DNA of 63,952 bases, filler included, from 5 parts of 5 records of this genome joined end to end with filler, not necessarily neighbours in it, one strand, 5' to 3'; positions 50,738-61,299 are shown, numbered from the whole stretch's first letter. Notes: a model not told the origin generated them from the sequence alone. A program made the numbers and translations.

Positions 50738-51616
50738 ATGTTGTGGCGTGTGAGGGAGACCCCAAAACTCTGGCAAACCGTTCGCGAAATGCCATGGAAC
50801 TCCTGGTGGGCCAATGAACCGAACTGGTTCCGGAGCTACCCTACAATGTTAACACGCGAAGAGATGCGAATGCTGAGCTGGGCAGCAGAAAACGCACCCC
50901 CCGGTCCGATAGTAGATCTCGGTTGCTTTCTTGGAGGCTCCACAGTGAGTCTAGCTGTCGGCCTGCGCCGATCTGGCAGGACCGACAAAATTCACTCCTA
51001 CGATATGTTTCACGCAGGAGAGAATTTGCGCAAGCGGTTCTTTCCGGACTTCCCTGTAGATGCCGCGCGTCCAGACGATTGCCTCCCCGCCTTCCGCCAC
51101 TTCACGTCCGAATTCTCCGATTTCCTGACCGTAAATCAGGGAGATATACTCAATGAAGAATGGCTAGGCGATGAAATATCCTTGCTTTTTGTTGATCTTT
51201 CAAAAAGCAGATCTATAAATGATCATATACTTAGTAATTTTTTCACAAAATTAAAACCAAAATCTCTTGTTATCCAGCAAGATTTCCTCTTCTTTAAAGA
51301 TCCATGGCTTTTGCATAGCATGTATAAGCTACGAAAATACTTTGAATTTCTCTCCTACTGCCAAGAGCATTCCGTGATATTTGGGACAAAAATCGTTCCT
51401 TCGAAACGGGAAGTTCAGGCAGGCTACGCTCAGGAAATGTCTGTCTCCGATATCAAAGAAGCAGCGGAATATTTCCTGACACTCTTTCCACACGCGCGAC
51501 AGCGCGAAATGATTCGGGCCACAGTGGCATCCTTTGAGGCGTCGCCAAAAGCTCAGAAGGAGTGGGATTTCGGCAATCCGCTGAACTTGCCCTATCGAAT
51601 GGTGGATCGGAACTAA
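50738..51616 (+). CDS. Class I SAM-dependent methyltransferase (Methyltransf_24-like, possibly glycan-modifying)
   Basis: IVDLGCFLGGST, IHSYD, ISLLFVD and VIQQDF motifs; GGAGGAG RBS. Confidence 0.8.
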   Translation: MLWRVRETPKLWQTVREMPWNSWWANEPNWFRSYPTMLTREEMRMLSWAAENAPPGPIVDLGCFLGGSTVSLAVGLRRSGRTDKIHSYDMFHAGENLRKRFFPDFPVDAARPDDCLPAFRHFTSEFSDFLTVNQGDILNEEWLGDEISLLFVDLSKSRSINDHILSNFFTKLKPKSLVIQQDFLFFKDPWLLHSMYKLRKYFEFLSYCQEHSVIFGTKIVPSKREVQAGYAQEMSVSDIKEAAEYFLTLFPHARQREMIRATVASFEASPKAQKEWDFGNPLNLPYRMVDRN

Positions 51617-51782
51617 GTCCGGGCCGTCGAATTTTATCTGGGCGTCATCGTTATACATTCACAGGCGCCGAGACGCACATTCCGTCATCTTCTTCTCACA
51701 GAAGCGGTGTCTCGGCTGGGGCCTTGCAAGCGGAATGTCGGATGGCAGGCAACACCAACCAAAGGCGCAATGTTCATCAGTC

Positions 51783-51882
51783 NNNNNNNNNNNNNNNNNN
51801 NNNNNNNNNNNNNNNNNNNNNNNNNNTTAATTAATTAANNNNNNNNNNNNNNNNNNNNNNNNNNNNNNNNNNNNNNNNNNNN
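51783..51882. other. Artificial contig linker
   Basis: N44-TTAATTAATTAA-N44. Confidence 0.99.
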
Positions 51883-52125
51883 GTCGATGACGCCGGTGCC
51901 GATCTCGATCCGGTCTGTCCTGGCGCCGATGGCTGCCAGAAGCGGAAACGGCGAGGACAATTGCCGGGCAAAGTGATGCACCCGGAAATAGGCACCGTCA
52001 GCCCCCAGTTCCTCGGCGGCGACCGCAAGGTCGATCGATTGCGACAGCACGTCGGCGGCGGAGCGGGTCGCCGATTGCGGCGACGGCGTCCAGTGCCCAA
52101 AGGACAAAAATCCTATTTTCTTCAT
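51883..52125 (-). CDS. LLM-class flavin-dependent oxidoreductase (luciferase-like), truncated
   Basis: MKKIGFLSFGHW...AEELGADGAYFRVHHF...RIEIGTGVID; GGAGG RBS. Confidence 0.88.
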
Positions 52126-52335
52126 ATCCTGCATACCTCCGGCATCGTCATGCCCCTGTCTCCGGGGCTGGCCTCGTTTTCCGATAGATGCGGTTCGCTT
52201 GCCGCAAGAGCAATGGCTCATTCGCTGAACACAGCGTTTTCGATAGATCCGGCCAAACCGCAAAACGCCCCGCCATCGGGCGGAGGTCAGACAAGTTCCA
52301 TGAATCTCAGGATTTCGAGTGTTAGATAATTTAGT

Positions 52336-52355
52336 TTGAGAAACCCTTTTCTCAA
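52336..52355. promoter_or_regulatory. LacI-type operator (auxiliary)
   Basis: TTGAGAAA-CCCT-TTTCTCAA inverted repeat. Confidence 0.65.
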
Positions 52356-52377
52356 CCTTTTTTCTCTGATATATCGA

Positions 52378-52399
52378 CATGAGAAACCGGTTTCCCATG
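52378..52399. promoter_or_regulatory. LacI-type operator (main)
   Basis: CATGAGAAACCGGTTTCCCATG, a 22-bp palindrome with one mismatch and central CG, immediately before the lacI RBS. Confidence 0.78.
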
Positions 52400-52410
52400 A
52401 GGAGGATGGC

Positions 52411-53421
52411 GTGACGGATGCGAATGTTGGCGGGCGTGTTACGATTTATGACGTGGCCTCGAAGGCCGGCGTCAGCACCGCCACGGCTTCCAAGGCGCTC
52501 AACGACACCGGCCGCATGGCGGCGGAGACCCGGGCCCGCATCCGGCGCGTTGCGGAAGAGCTGGGTTTCCGCCCCAATGCGCTGGCGCGCAGCCTCACCA
52601 GCAAGCGCAGCTTCACCGTCGGGCTGCTGACGGACGATACCTATGGCCGCTTCACCCTGCCTGTCATGGCCGGCGTATCGGAAGGGCTTATCGACCAGGG
52701 CGTTTCGGTGTTTCTCTGCTCGGTCGGGGGGGATCCGGCGCTTGCCCGCATTCATGTCGATGCAATGCTCGACAAGCAGGTCGACGGGATCATCGCCACG
52801 GGCAAGCGGGTCGACCGGCCGCTTCCTGTCGATCTTTCGAAAGTTCCGGTCCCGGTGGTCTACGTGCTGACCGAGGGACCTGCCGGGACGATCACGCTGG
52901 TGCCGGACGAGCGGCAGGGGGCGGGCGAGGCGGTGCGGCACCTGGCGGCGAGAGGCTGCCGGCGTATCGCCCATATTACCGGTCCCGAACATTTTCTGGT
53001 CGTGCGCGAGCGTGCACTTTCCTATCGTCAGACCCTGGAGGCCGCGGGTCTGGAAATGCCTGCAGCCGGCGTGCTTTGCGGCACATGGTCGGAGCATTGG
53101 GGGCATGAGGCCGTTGCGCGGCTCTGGGGCTTCGATGAACGGCCGGACGGCATTTTCTGCGGCAATGATCAGATTGCGCGCGGCGTGATGGATGCGCTTC
53201 GGGAGCGCGGCGTGGCCATACCGGATGACGTCGCCGTGGTCGGCTTCGACAATTGGGAGATTGTCGCCGAGGAGACCCGCCCCCCGCTCACCACGATCGA
53301 TATGAACTTGAAGGAGCTTGGACGCCAGGCCGGGCTCACGCTCGTGCGCCTGGTCAATGGCGAGGAGATTGAGAAAGGGCTTCTGCAGCTGCCGTGCAAA
53401 CTGGTCGTGCGCAGCTCCTGA
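52411..53421 (+). CDS. LacI family transcriptional regulator
   Basis: VTIYDVASKAGVSTATASKALN HTH, FRPNALARSL hinge and VVGFDN. GTG start after GAGGAGG. Confidence 0.95.
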   Translation: MTDANVGGRVTIYDVASKAGVSTATASKALNDTGRMAAETRARIRRVAEELGFRPNALARSLTSKRSFTVGLLTDDTYGRFTLPVMAGVSEGLIDQGVSVFLCSVGGDPALARIHVDAMLDKQVDGIIATGKRVDRPLPVDLSKVPVPVVYVLTEGPAGTITLVPDERQGAGEAVRHLAARGCRRIAHITGPEHFLVVRERALSYRQTLEAAGLEMPAAGVLCGTWSEHWGHEAVARLWGFDERPDGIFCGNDQIARGVMDALRERGVAIPDDVAVVGFDNWEIVAEETRPPLTTIDMNLKELGRQAGLTLVRLVNGEEIEKGLLQLPCKLVVRSS

Positions 53422-53484
53422 GCCTTTCGAAAGCGTGCATCGGGGCCGGCACGGAACACGGCCCCACATCGGAGGAGGATAGAA

Positions 53485-54723
53485 ATGAAACCCGTTAAAA
53501 TCGCGGCGCTGACGGCGCTCGCCCTCGCCATGACGCCCTTCGGCGCTTCCGCCGAAACCTACAGCATGTGGGCGCGCAACAGCGGCGAAGCCTTCATGCC
53601 GGACCTGATCGAGGCCTTCAACGCTTCGCATGAGGATCAGATCGAGCTGCAGATCGTGCCGAGCACGGAAATGGTGCAGAAATATGCCGTGGCGGCCGCC
53701 GGCGGCTCGGCTCCGGACTTTGTCTCGCTCGATCTCGTCTATACGCCGGCTTTCGCCAAGGCCGGACAGCTCGCGGATCTGACCGAACTGGCCAGGAGCC
53801 TTCCCTTTTTCGATCAGCTGTCGAAGGCCCATGTCGAGGCCGGCACCTATGACGGCAAGATCTACGGCGTACCGATGTCGGCCGATGTCTCGGTGCTGCT
53901 GTGGAACAAGCGGTTGTTCAGCGAAGCCGGACTTGACCCTGACAAGGCGCCGGCCAACTGGGCCGAAATCGAGGAGAGCGCCGGCAAAATCAACGCGCTC
54001 GGCGATGACACCTACGGTTTCTATTTCGCCGGCGCTTGCGGCGGCTGCAATGCATTCACCTTCATGCCGCTGATCTGGGCTTCGGGCGGCGACATTCTGG
54101 TCGATGATGGCAAGCGCGCCACCATCGATACGCCGCAGATGCATGATGCGATCAATTTCTATCGCGACATGGTCGCCAAGGGTTATGTGCCGGAGAGCGC
54201 GAAGACGGATACAGGCACCAATTTCTTCGGCGGCTTCGCGGCGGACAATGTCGGCATTTCGCCAATCGGCGCCTTTGCCATCGGCAACCTTGTCAAGAAC
54301 TACCCGGATGTCGAATTCGGCGTGGCTCCTCTGCCAGGCAAGGATGGCGGAGCCTCCGCGTTCGGCGGCGGCGACAATTTCGTCGTCACGGCGGGTCGCG
54401 ACACGCTTGGCGCGGCGAAAGAGTTCCTGGAGTTTGCCTATTCGATCGAGGGACAGACGCTGCTTGCCAAACTCGGCAGCCTGCCGACGCGCGCCGACGT
54501 TGCCCAGGAGGCGCTTTCCGGCCTTGATGACCGCTACCTGACGGCGGTCGAAGCGATGGCAACCGCACGCACGCCGTCATCGCCGGTCTACAACGACATC
54601 ATCAATTCCAAGACGGGACCGTGGAAGCAGATGCTCGGCGAAGCCTTCTTCGGCGACGATGTCGACGGATCCCTGAAGCGGGCGCAGGACACGATGCAGT
54701 CGATCCTGGACGCGTCCAACTGA
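53485..54723 (+). CDS. Sugar ABC transporter solute-binding protein (family 1)
   Basis: Signal peptide, YDGKIYGVP and LLWNKRLF motifs. Confidence 0.92.
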   Translation: MKPVKIAALTALALAMTPFGASAETYSMWARNSGEAFMPDLIEAFNASHEDQIELQIVPSTEMVQKYAVAAAGGSAPDFVSLDLVYTPAFAKAGQLADLTELARSLPFFDQLSKAHVEAGTYDGKIYGVPMSADVSVLLWNKRLFSEAGLDPDKAPANWAEIEESAGKINALGDDTYGFYFAGACGGCNAFTFMPLIWASGGDILVDDGKRATIDTPQMHDAINFYRDMVAKGYVPESAKTDTGTNFFGGFAADNVGISPIGAFAIGNLVKNYPDVEFGVAPLPGKDGGASAFGGGDNFVVTAGRDTLGAAKEFLEFAYSIEGQTLLAKLGSLPTRADVAQEALSGLDDRYLTAVEAMATARTPSSPVYNDIINSKTGPWKQMLGEAFFGDDVDGSLKRAQDTMQSILDASN

Positions 54724-54734
54724 TCGCGCTTTCG

Positions 54735-54792
54735 CCGGGCGCCTGATGGGGCGTCCGGTCTACTTCCCGGGCGCCATCGATGGCGCTCCGGG
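54735..54792. repeat. Two related GC-rich hairpins between the SBP and permease genes
   Basis: CCGGGCGCC-TGATGG-GGCGTCCGG and CCCGGGCGCCATCGATGGCGCTCCGGG. Confidence 0.6.
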
Positions 54793-54823
54793 CCCTTTTC
54801 CCATGACCCACGGAACAGGCGCC

Positions 54824-55747
54824 ATGCCAGAAACGCAATTCACAACAGCGACGCCACGCAGGCCGCGCCGGGGACGGGTTCGGCGCAAGCAGTTCATCGG
54901 ACTTCTGTTCGTCGCGCCGGCGGTCGCGCTGGTTACGGTTTTCTTCGTCATCCCGCTCTGCATGACCTTCTGGATGTCGCTTCACAACTGGCCGCTCATG
55001 GGCGCGCCGCGCTTCATCGGGCTCGGCAATTATGCCCAGATGCTGCATGACAGCCAGTTCTGGAGCTCGCTCCGCTTCACGGTGTTCTACACGCTCATCG
55101 TCACGGTCGTGCTTTTCGCGGTTGCCTTTCCGCTGGCGATCTTCGTGGAAAAGCCTGATGCGATGACCAGGTTCTACCGCACGGCTTACTTCCTGCCTTA
55201 CGTGGTCGGTTTCGGTTCGGCAAGCCTGCTCTGGGTATGGCTGATGAACGTCGATTCCGGCCTGTTCTCGCAGCTCGCCTGGCGGCTGGGGCTCACCGAA
55301 AGGCCGGTCAACCTGCTGGCGAGTTTCGACACCACCTTCATCTCGATCATCGTCATGGTGGTGTGGAAGACGGTGGGCTTCAACATGATCATCCTGCTCA
55401 CCGGCCTGCAGGGCATCTCCACCGAGGTGCAGGAAGCGGCCCGCGTGGACGGCGCTTCTTCCTGGCAACGCTTCCGCCGCATCACGCTTCCGCTGATGCG
55501 GCGCACGATCGCGCTTGCCCTGATCCTGTCGGTCTCGGGCTCGATGCTTGCCTTCGACCAGTTCTACATCATCTCGGACGGTGGGCCGCAGAACCAGACG
55601 ATCACCACCGTGTTCTGGATCTTCAGCCAGTCCTTCATGTCGTTCCATCTGGGTTACGGCTCGGCACTGTCGATGGTCCTTCTGCTGATCCTGGTCACCA
55701 TCAGCGTGATCCAGCTCAGGCTTCTGCGCAATCCGGAGGGTATGTGA
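54824..55747 (+). CDS. Sugar ABC transporter permease
   Basis: EAA loop (EAARVDGASSWQRFRRITLP), about 6 TM segments. Start uncertain. Confidence 0.93.
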   Translation: MPETQFTTATPRRPRRGRVRRKQFIGLLFVAPAVALVTVFFVIPLCMTFWMSLHNWPLMGAPRFIGLGNYAQMLHDSQFWSSLRFTVFYTLIVTVVLFAVAFPLAIFVEKPDAMTRFYRTAYFLPYVVGFGSASLLWVWLMNVDSGLFSQLAWRLGLTERPVNLLASFDTTFISIIVMVVWKTVGFNMIILLTGLQGISTEVQEAARVDGASSWQRFRRITLPLMRRTIALALILSVSGSMLAFDQFYIISDGGPQNQTITTVFWIFSQSFMSFHLGYGSALSMVLLLILVTISVIQLRLLRNPEGM

Positions 55748-56607
55748 TGAGCCGCCGCAAGATGACGCTACGCCGCCAGCGGTTGCAGATGACGCGCCGC
55801 AACCTGCTGGGCCTGTTTCTCGCCTTCCTGTTTCTGGCGCCGCTCGCCTGGAGCCTGCTGGTGAGCTTCAAGACCTCGGCGGAATCGCGAAAGCCGCCGC
55901 TGCCGCCATGGCCGACGACCGGCTTCAGCACACAGAGCTACCAGAACCTCTCCGATTTCGGCAGCGGCATCTGGACCTATACCGGCAACAGCCTCACCGT
56001 GTCGCTGGCGACCGTGGTGCTGTCGGTGGTGGTGAGCCTTTTGGCCGGCTACGGGTTCTCGCGCTTCCAGTTTCCGTTCAAAAATGCGCTGTTCGTGCTG
56101 ATCATCGCCACGATCATGATCCCGTTCCAATCGGTTCTGACGCCGCTTTTCGTCATCCTTTCGAAGCTCGGGCTGCAGAACACGCTGACCGGGATCGTCT
56201 GCGTCTACGTCACGCTGCAGATGCCGTTTTCGATCTTCATGATGCGCAACGCCTTCGACGCCGTGCCGAAGGAAATCGAGGATGCCGCCCGCGTCGACGG
56301 CGCCTCGGTCATCAAGGTGCTCTACCGGATCATGCTGCCGCTGGTTCTTCCCGGCGTGGCGACGGTCGCGATCTTCGCCTTCCTCGCCTCCTGGAACGAG
56401 TTTCTGGCAGCCCTCATCCTTCTGACCGACCAGCAGAAATACACCCTGCCGGTGCTGATGGTCGCGGTCCGCGAGGGGCAGTACGGCACGATCGACTGGG
56501 GCGCGGTCCAGGCGGGCGTGACGCTGATGATGGTGCCATGCCTCGTCGTCTTCCTGGTTTTGCAGCGCTACTACATCCGCGGCCTGACCGCGGGCGCCGT
56601 CAAGTGA
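55747..56607 (+). CDS. Sugar ABC transporter permease
   Basis: TGATG coupling to the previous gene, DAARVDGAS EAA loop, SWNEF and GLTAGAVK terminus. Confidence 0.93.
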   Translation: MSRRKMTLRRQRLQMTRRNLLGLFLAFLFLAPLAWSLLVSFKTSAESRKPPLPPWPTTGFSTQSYQNLSDFGSGIWTYTGNSLTVSLATVVLSVVVSLLAGYGFSRFQFPFKNALFVLIIATIMIPFQSVLTPLFVILSKLGLQNTLTGIVCVYVTLQMPFSIFMMRNAFDAVPKEIEDAARVDGASVIKVLYRIMLPLVLPGVATVAIFAFLASWNEFLAALILLTDQQKYTLPVLMVAVREGQYGTIDWGAVQAGVTLMMVPCLVVFLVLQRYYIRGLTAGAVK

Positions 56608-56633
56608 ATATCGAGATCAAAAAGGACTGATCA

Positions 56634-58565
56634 ATGACTTCCTTCGACCTTCCCGCCGCGAGCGGCTTCCGCCCTCCCGCGCTTCCCGATGTCGACGTCC
56701 AGGGGTTCTGGGGCGATCGCATCGATGCCGTCGCGCACAAGACGGCGATGATCCTCTATGATCGCTGCGTTGCCGCCGGCATGCTCGAGCAGATCAATCC
56801 CGATGTTCCGGTTCCCCCGCCGCGGCTGCCCTACCACACCCGCGCCGACGGCACGCCGGACACCGTCAATGTCCAGATGTTCTGGGATTCGGACGTCGCC
56901 AAGGTCATCGAAACGGCGGCCTATGCGCTCTACCGCACGCCCAACCCCGATCTCGAGGCGAAGACCGACGAGATCATCGCGATGTTCTGCAAGCTGCAGC
57001 AACCGGATGGCTATCTCAATTCCTGGTTCATCCGCATGCGCCCCGGCGATCGCTGGACCAATCTGCGCGATTGCCATGAGCTCTATTGCGCCGGCCATCT
57101 GATGGAGGCCGCCGTTGCCTATTTCCAGGCGACCGGCAAGCGGGCGCTGCTTGACGCGATGTGCCGCTATGCCGACCATATCGGTTCCGTCTTCGGGCCC
57201 GGCCCGGACCAGAAGCCCGGCTATTGCGGCCACGAGGAAATCGAACTGGCGCTGGTGCGCCTCGGTCGCGTCACCGACGAGCAGCGCTATCTCGATCTCG
57301 CGCGCTTCTTCATCGATGCCCGCGGCCGGAAACCGCATTACTTCGACGTCGAGGCGGCGGCCCGCAACGAGGACCCGCAGCGGTTCCGCCACGACACCTA
57401 TGAGTATAACCAGTCGCACCTGCCGGTGCGCGAGCAGACCAAGGTTACCGGACACGCGGTCCGCGCGATGTACCTCTATTCCGGCATGGCCGACGTTGCC
57501 ACGGAATTCGGCGATGACAGCCTGACGGATGCGCTGAAGATCCTGTGGGAGGATCTGACGGAAAAGCAGATGTATGTGACCGGCGGCATCGGCCCGGCGG
57601 CGAGCAATGAGGGCTTTACCGACTATTACGACCTGCCGAACGAGAGCGCCTATGCCGAGACCTGCGCTTCCGTCGGTCTTGCCATGTGGGCGAGCCGCAT
57701 GCTCGGCCGGGGTCCGGACGGCCGGTTTGCCGACGTCATGGAGCAGGCGCTCTACAACGGCGCGCTCTCCGGTCTTTCCATCGACGGCGCGACTTTCTTC
57801 TACGACAATCCGCTGGAGAGCCGGGGCGGTCATCACCGCTGGGCCTGGCACCGCTGCCCCTGCTGCCCGCCGAACATCGCCCGCACGGTCGCCTCGATCG
57901 GCACCTACATGTATGGCGTCGCGGGGGACGAGATTGCCGTCCACCTCTACAATGAAAGCACCGCGCGGCTGATAGTCGCCGGAGGCAACGTCACGGTGAA
58001 GCAGAAGACCTCCTATCCATGGTCCGGCCGCATCGATATCACGCTCGGCCTCGAAAAGCCGCTCGCCTTCCGTCTGGCGCTGAGGGTTCCCGGCTGGTGC
58101 GCCGGCGCATCGCTTGCCATCAACGGCAAGACCGTCGATTGCAACCCCGAACGCGGTTATCTGCGCATCGAACGAGAATGGCAGCCGGGCGATGTGCTGT
58201 CGCTCGACCTGCCGATGCAGCCCTATGCGCTGCGCGCCAACCCGGCCGTCCGGGCTGACCTCGGACGGGCCGCACTGGCGCGGGGGCCCCTGATCTACTG
58301 CGTCGAGGAAACCGACAACGCCGCCGGTCTCAACGCGCTCATCGTTGACGAGGCCATTGCGACGGCGAACACAAGCGTGCTCAGCGCCCTGAACGGCGGC
58401 GTCGCCATCGACGTTCCGGCTCACCGCGAAGACTGGCAGGGACACGGCAACCGGCTTTACGACCGGCAGGCGCCAGGGCTTCGGCCGGTGACGGCGCGCT
58501 TCGTCCCCTATCACCTCTGGGATAACCGGGAGCCCGGCGAGATGCTCGTCTGGGTCAGAACGTGA
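56634..58565 (+). CDS. Glycoside hydrolase family 127 (beta-L-arabinofuranosidase-like)
   Basis: [30 protein letters not shown] and CPCCPPN Zn/Cys motifs. Confidence 0.92.
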   Translation: MTSFDLPAASGFRPPALPDVDVQGFWGDRIDAVAHKTAMILYDRCVAAGMLEQINPDVPVPPPRLPYHTRADGTPDTVNVQMFWDSDVAKVIETAAYALYRTPNPDLEAKTDEIIAMFCKLQQPDGYLNSWFIRMRPGDRWTNLRDCHELYCAGHLMEAAVAYFQATGKRALLDAMCRYADHIGSVFGPGPDQKPGYCGHEEIELALVRLGRVTDEQRYLDLARFFIDARGRKPHYFDVEAAARNEDPQRFRHDTYEYNQSHLPVREQTKVTGHAVRAMYLYSGMADVATEFGDDSLTDALKILWEDLTEKQMYVTGGIGPAASNEGFTDYYDLPNESAYAETCASVGLAMWASRMLGRGPDGRFADVMEQALYNGALSGLSIDGATFFYDNPLESRGGHHRWAWHRCPCCPPNIARTVASIGTYMYGVAGDEIAVHLYNESTARLIVAGGNVTVKQKTSYPWSGRIDITLGLEKPLAFRLALRVPGWCAGASLAINGKTVDCNPERGYLRIEREWQPGDVLSLDLPMQPYALRANPAVRADLGRAALARGPLIYCVEETDNAAGLNALIVDEAIATANTSVLSALNGGVAIDVPAHREDWQGHGNRLYDRQAPGLRPVTARFVPYHLWDNREPGEMLVWVRT

Positions 58566-58566
58566 G

Positions 58567-58845
58567 ATGAGCACACTATCGCAGGAAAAGGCCGACATCA
58601 CGCTTCGCGGCGTGCGCAAGAGCTTCGGTGCGGTCGATGTCATTCACGGCCTCGATCTCGCCATCAAGGGCGGCGAGTTCGTGGTGTTCGTCGGTCCCTC
58701 GGGTTGCGGCAAGTCGACGCTTCTCAGAATGATCGCGGGCCTCGAGGATGTAACGGACGGCGACATACTGATCGCCGGGCGCGACGTCACCGACCTCGAC
58801 CCCTCGAAACGGGGCATCGCCATGGTGTTCCAGTCCTATGCGCTC
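58567..58845 (+). CDS. Sugar ABC transporter ATPase (MalK-type), truncated
   Basis: [19 protein letters not shown] and [10 protein letters not shown]. Confidence 0.93.
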
Positions 58846-58945
58846 NNNNNNNNNNNNNNNNNNNNNNNNNNNNNNNNNNNNNNNNNNNNTTAATTAATTA
58901 ANNNNNNNNNNNNNNNNNNNNNNNNNNNNNNNNNNNNNNNNNNNN
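58846..58945. other. Artificial contig linker
   Basis: N44-TTAATTAATTAA-N44. Confidence 0.99.
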
Positions 58946-58949
58946 ATAT

Positions 58950-59405
58950 ATGCCTCTGTATGAGACAGTTATTATTGCGCGTCAGGACATCTCCACCCAG
59001 CAGGTGGAAACGCTGACCGAAAATATGTCCAGCTTTATCACTGAGGGGGGCGGAAACGTCGCCAAGGTTGAAAACTGGGGCCTTCGCAATCTTGCCTACA
59101 AGATCAAGAAAAACCGCAAGGGCCATTACGTTCTCCTCAATCTCGACACACCGGTCGATGCCATGAAGGAAATGGAACGCAACCTGCTTCTGAATGAAGA
59201 CGTGCTGCGCCACATGACCATCAAGGTCGAAGAGCTGGAAGAAGGCGACAGCGTCATGCTGCAGAGCCGCAGCGCCCGTCCGGAACGTCGTCGTGACGAC
59301 GATGACGGCGATGACAAGCCTGCTGCAAAAGCCTCTGATGAGGACAAAGCAGAAGACAAGTCCGAGGACACATCCGACGATAAAACCGACGAAGGGGACG
59401 CATAA
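58950..59405 (+). CDS. rpsF: 30S ribosomal protein S6
   Basis: [13 protein letters not shown] and [20 protein letters not shown]; long acidic tail. Confidence 0.97.
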   Translation: MPLYETVIIARQDISTQQVETLTENMSSFITEGGGNVAKVENWGLRNLAYKIKKNRKGHYVLLNLDTPVDAMKEMERNLLLNEDVLRHMTIKVEELEEGDSVMLQSRSARPERRRDDDDGDDKPAAKASDEDKAEDKSEDTSDDKTDEGDA

Positions 59406-59641
59406 TGGCTGACGCACAACGCCGCCCGTTTTTCCGCCGCCGCAAAACCTGCCCGTTCACGGGAGACGGCGCGCCGAAGATCGACTATAAAGATGTCAAG
59501 CTTCTGCAGCGCTATGTATCCGAGCGCGGGAAAATCATGCCAAGCCGGATCACCGCCGTTTCCGCCAAGAAACAGCGCGAACTGGCAACGGCCATCAAGC
59601 GGGCAAGAAACCTTGCGCTATTGCCGTTTCTGGTAAAATAG
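59405..59641 (+). CDS. rpsR: 30S ribosomal protein S18
   Basis: [15 protein letters not shown] and AIKRAR motifs. Confidence 0.98.
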   Translation: MADAQRRPFFRRRKTCPFTGDGAPKIDYKDVKLLQRYVSERGKIMPSRITAVSAKKQRELATAIKRARNLALLPFLVK

Positions 59642-59687
59642 AAAGTCCGGGGGCGGTGCGCTTTACCGGCCCTGGAGTAAATAGACA

Positions 59688-60641
59688 ATGGTCAAGGAAC
59701 TGGTAGTTGCCGTTGCGCTCGGTGTTCTGAACACGGCGCTCGTCATGCTTTCCATCGTTGGAAATGCGGGCGGCACCACGTTAGGGACGGCACTGCAGAC
59801 CCTGATCTTCTGGATATTGTCACTGGTCCCGCTGTTTGTGTCCGGGCTGGGGTTTGGCGTGAGAAGCGCCGTTATCTCCGCCCTCACCAGTGTGGTGGTC
59901 GCCGCCTTTGCGATCAACAGGGACTTCGCGCTCGCCTATGCGGTGGTTTCCGGGCTTCCGGTAATCCTGCTGGTTCGGCAGGCGCTGCTCTGGCAGGAGA
60001 GTGACGGCGTAAAATACTGGTATCCGGCCGACCGCCTGTTGATGTGGTGGGCGGGTATCTGCATCGGACTGACGCTGCTGGCTATGGGCCTGCTGCAATG
60101 GGACGATTTGCTGCGGCAGGCGCTGATCGACGGGTTCGATCAGATGCTGGTGCAGATGATGGAAATACAGGGTGTCGCCCCGGCACTGACCGGCGTGGAA
60201 TTTGTGGCGATGTTGCCGCAGTTTCTGGGCCCGATGTGGGGACTGTTTATCCTGTTGAGCGGCTGTTTGGCCCAAGGGCTGCTGGTCCGCTTCAGCAGGA
60301 ATCTCCGGCCGACACCGGAACTGACGAAGATGGCGCTGCCGAACTGGCTTGCGCTGGCCTTCATCGGAGCGACGGTGGTAAGCGTCCTTTTGGATGCGAC
60401 CGTCCCGCTGCTGGGGGCCGTGGTGATCACGCTGGAGATACTGTTCTTCCTGCAGGGAATGGCGGTTATCCATGTGGTGTCACATAGATGGAACGGGCGC
60501 CCGTTTATTCTGGGCGCGATCTATGTGGCGACGGTTATGATGTTATGGCTGGTCCTGATAATCGCGATATTGGGGCTGATGGAAAATTGGGTCGGGTTCC
60601 GGCGTCGCTTTGCGCCCGCCCCCCGCCAGGAGGAAGACTGA
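59688..60641 (+). CDS. DUF2232/YybS-like membrane protein
   Basis: Multi-TM protein with WYP and [10 protein letters not shown] motifs, in the conserved position between rpsR and rplI. Confidence 0.8.
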   Translation: MVKELVVAVALGVLNTALVMLSIVGNAGGTTLGTALQTLIFWILSLVPLFVSGLGFGVRSAVISALTSVVVAAFAINRDFALAYAVVSGLPVILLVRQALLWQESDGVKYWYPADRLLMWWAGICIGLTLLAMGLLQWDDLLRQALIDGFDQMLVQMMEIQGVAPALTGVEFVAMLPQFLGPMWGLFILLSGCLAQGLLVRFSRNLRPTPELTKMALPNWLALAFIGATVVSVLLDATVPLLGAVVITLEILFFLQGMAVIHVVSHRWNGRPFILGAIYVATVMMLWLVLIIAILGLMENWVGFRRRFAPAPRQEED

Positions 60642-61273
60642 TGGAAGTAGTATTACTGGAAAGAATTGAGAAACTCGGTCAAATGGGGGACGTCGTTTCG
60701 GTCAAGAACGGTTATGCCCGCAATTACCTGTTGCCGCAGAACAAGGCGCTCCGGGCGAGCAAGGAAAACCTCTCGGTTTTCGAAGCCCAGCGGGCCCAGC
60801 TCGAAGCGGACAACCTGAAACGCCGCGAGGAAGCGGAAAAAGTCGGCGAGAAGCTCGACGGCGAAGCCGTTGTCCTGATCCGCGCGGCCTCCGAATCCCA
60901 GCAGCTTTACGGCTCTGTCAGCACGCAGGATATCGCGAAAGCGGTTACCGAGGCCGGCTTCACCGTGAGCCGCAAGCAGATCGAGCTGGACAAGGTCCTG
61001 AAAACACTCGGCCTGCATGACATCAAGGTGCGTTTGCATCCGGAAGTCGCTGTCTCGGTCACGGTCAACATTGCCCGCTCGAACGAGGAAGCGGAAATTC
61101 AGGCACGCGGCGAATCTGTTGAGGAAGCCGCCGAAGCCAAGCTCGATGGCCGCGACGAAGCCGTCGTCAATGTTTTTGAATCCACCGCCGATGTGGATGT
61201 CGAGGAACTTGAGCAGGTTGCCGCCGGTGTTGATGTTGATGCCGAGACGGAAGAAACCAAGGACGACGCGTAA
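60641..61273 (+). CDS. rplI: 50S ribosomal protein L9
   Basis: [13 protein letters not shown]...[12 protein letters not shown] and LYGSV; acidic C-terminal extension. Confidence 0.97.
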   Translation: MEVVLLERIEKLGQMGDVVSVKNGYARNYLLPQNKALRASKENLSVFEAQRAQLEADNLKRREEAEKVGEKLDGEAVVLIRAASESQQLYGSVSTQDIAKAVTEAGFTVSRKQIELDKVLKTLGLHDIKVRLHPEVAVSVTVNIARSNEEAEIQARGESVEEAAEAKLDGRDEAVVNVFESTADVDVEELEQVAAGVDVDAETEETKDDA

Positions 61274-61299
61274 GCCGCCTCCCCTTTTTACGACACAAC

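Noticed and set aside
51835..54144. 769-aa minus-strand ORF
   Set aside because: Antisense shadow of lacI and the SBP in high-GC DNA that happens to be in frame with the real LLM gene starting at 52125.
56631..58643. 670-aa minus-strand ORF opposite GH127 (similarly 61343-62743 opposite dnaB and 28827-29858 opposite lepA)
   Set aside because: Codon-bias shadows of well-supported genes, with no protein motifs.
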